A DNA stretch of 64,000 nt from Scyliorhinus canicula (Eukaryota): the NCBI RefSeq assembly GCF_902713615.1, contig NC_052171.1, forward strand, positions 19,689,952 through 19,753,951. The letters run 5' to 3'. Both the position numbers and the translations under genes were made by a program. Shown piece by piece: positions 61,973-64,000 of the stretch (the stretch's first letter is position 1; every line of letters begins with the position of its first letter). Below the pieces are notes generated by a model. The model searched no databases and was not told the DNA's origin. It worked only from the letters and a program-made list of their open reading frames with translations.

Positions 61973-62054
61973 CGCTACGAGCAGGGCTCAAACCTACGCG
62001 GGGATACCCCTTTGGATTTCAAGTCCAACGCCTTAACTACTCGGCCATCGCAGC
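61973..62054 (-). tRNA. tRNA-Ser(UGA), probably a pseudogene
   Basis: 82 nt: GCTGCGA TG GCCGAGTAGTTAAGGC G TTGGA CTTGAAA TCCAA AGGGGTATCCCCGC GTAGG TTTGAGC CCTGC TCGTAGC G. All stems pair and there is a long variable arm, but the D-loop GG and T-loop TTCGAA are altered. Confidence 0.85.
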
Positions 62055-62797
62055 TGTTTGTTTTTGAAAAACAAATCTTTATTATTGTCAGAAGTCGGCT
62101 TACATTAACATTGCAATGAAGTTACTGTGAAAAGCCCCTAGTCGCCACATTCCGGCGCCTGTTCGGGTACACAGAGGGAGAATTCAGAATGTCCAATTCA
62201 CCGTAACAAGCACGTCTTTCGGGACTTGTGGGAGGAAACCGGAGCACCCGGAGGAAACCCACGCAGACACGGGGAGAACACGCAGACTCCGCACAGACAG
62301 TGACCCAAGCCGGGAATCGAACCCGGGACCCTGGAGCTGTGAAGCAACAGTGCTAACCGCTGTGCCACCGTGCCGCCATAGTGAACTAGATGGCTTTTTA
62401 GAACAATCAAGTATAGTTGTCACGGTTACCATTTCGACTTTTACTTCCTGATTTTTATTGAATTCAGATTCTGCCTTTGAACTGTTTTATCGGATCTCAG
62501 TGTGGTCGGCGGTGTCGAGTTCAAACATTTGGTGTTTTATTCAGTGTGCCTGGTGACTCTGTGTTGTAAATTAGCCCTGGGCGTGGTCACCTTGAGATGG
62601 AGAGACTGAACAGAGGTTAGCTGCCCCAAGGAGGTGAGCAGACAGTGTAAATTCAACTCCTGCACACGTAGGAACAGGTGTATCATCTGTGCATATCTCC
62701 ATGGCATGAAGAACATCAGGTGGATGGAAAATAGCTGTTCTCCTTAGTTGAAGGGTCAATAACGGCAAGGAGGCAGAATGATACGATGAAAGTAGTA

Positions 62798-63063
62798 GAC
62801 AACGGATGAACGGACATCGCGCGACAATCGCCAGGCAGGAATGTTCCCTTCCAGTCGGGGAACACTTCAGCAGTCAAGGGCATTCAGCCTCTGATCTCCG
62901 GGTAAGCGTTCTCCAAGGCGGCCTTCAGGACGCACGACAACGCAGAATTGCCGAACAGAAACTTATAGCCAAGTTCCGCACACATGAGTGCGGCCTCAAC
63001 AGGGATCTTGGATTCATGTCGCATTACATTCACCCCCCACCATCTGGCCTGGGCTTTGCCTGA
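62798..63063 (+). mobile_element. Penelope-like element fragment (C-terminal half of GIY-YIG endonuclease)
   Basis: RMNGHR...PVGEHFS..GHS..DL.V.VL...R...EQKLI.KF.T...GLN.D.GF pattern. Confidence 0.85.
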
Positions 63064-63559
63064 AAAAGTCCTGGATTCAAATCCCATCGGAACATTCACA
63101 ATGTAATGGGGCATGTGCTTGAAGAGAATCAAAGTTGAGGGTTGAGCGGAAAACACTGGGATGTGGGACTAAATTGGGCAGTTCTTGCAAAAAGAGACGA
63201 GTTCGCGGAACCGAATGGCCGACTTGTGTCCCTTCCTGAGATGTTCCGACAAGGCAGCACAAGCACAATTGTGTTTCTTTTTCAATTAGTTTCTTGGCAT
63301 TTTCAAAAATTATATACATTGCTGTTGGTTATCATTTATTGTGCTGTCACTCGATTCCTTCTGAGGTTTCTCTATTTACATTCTGTTGCCATCTGGGTCA
63401 GCGTACAATCCTCCCTACCCCCCTCCCCCCCCTCCTCCTCCAGCTCCCCTCTCCTTGACCCACCCCCTCCCTTCCCCCCCTTTTTCACTGCTGTTCCCCA
63501 TTTTTTCCATTGGGTTTTGCTACCTCACCTCCATAGGAAGTTTGTAAGCAGCAGGTATC

Positions 63560-64000
63560 CGAGTTTGTTGCCTTTAGCTAGTTGGAATCTCTGCGTCAGT
63601 TCTTCCAGTGTCGTGACCCCCACCGTCAGTGTATAGGTCCCTGATTGTCAATGCCCCCCCCCCCCCCCCCCCCACTCCACCTTTTGAAGGTGGCATCAGT
63701 CAGTGCTGGTGTGAACCTGTGGTTGTTGCAGATGGGGGCTTTGTCGGACATTCTGGTCAGCCCAAGTTGCTGCCGCAGTTGGTTCCACGTCTGGAGGGTG
63801 GCTTCCACCACCGGGCTGCCGGAGTGTTTCTTGGGCGGGGATGGCAGTACCCCCGTGGCGAGGACCCGGAGAGAGGTCCTCTTGGAGGAGGCCTCCCCCG
63901 CACGCGACCCACTCGGCTTCTGGCTCCTTGATCCATCCCATCGCTCGTTCCGCCATCACTGCCCAGTGGTAGAATTGTAGGTTCGGGAGGGCAAGCCCTC
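63560..64000 (-). mobile_element. L1-clade ORF2 fragment (runs off the window)
   Basis: WIKEPEAEWV and ATLQTWNQLRQ...APICNNHRF remnants. Confidence 0.75.

Noticed and set aside
17-62432. Recurrent short ORFs such as MVVSINASQLQGPRFDSRLGH and MANPPNPHIFGLWEET
   Set aside because: These are translations of SINE copies.

Overview
Vertebrate nuclear DNA, almost certainly from a shark (catshark-like, judged from HE1-type tRNA-derived SINEs and their CR1 partner LINEs). The only recognisable protein-coding gene is the 3' part of mitoferrin on the + strand (best match SLC25A37; exons 901-1129, 4586-4642 and 5761-6287; exon 1 lies upstream of the window). Most of the rest is transposon debris: more than 30 SINEs (representative copies listed), CR1, L1 and Rex1/Babar LINE pieces, a nearly intact 5'-truncated CR1 (53.9-57.2 kb), a solo LTR, and Penelope remnants including palindromic insertions, one carrying a minimal hammerhead ribozyme. 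There is also a degenerate tRNA-Ser(UGA). The dominant unexplained structure is a ~17.8 kb CpG-rich composite tandem array (34.5-52.3 kb). It is built from 17-bp and 15-bp units and twelve ~215-bp modules, and one SINE insertion was triplicated with it. A candidate promoter and two small minus-strand exons point into the array. All calls are by eye; no database searches were run. The long low-complexity ORFs in the array are not by themselves evidence of coding.
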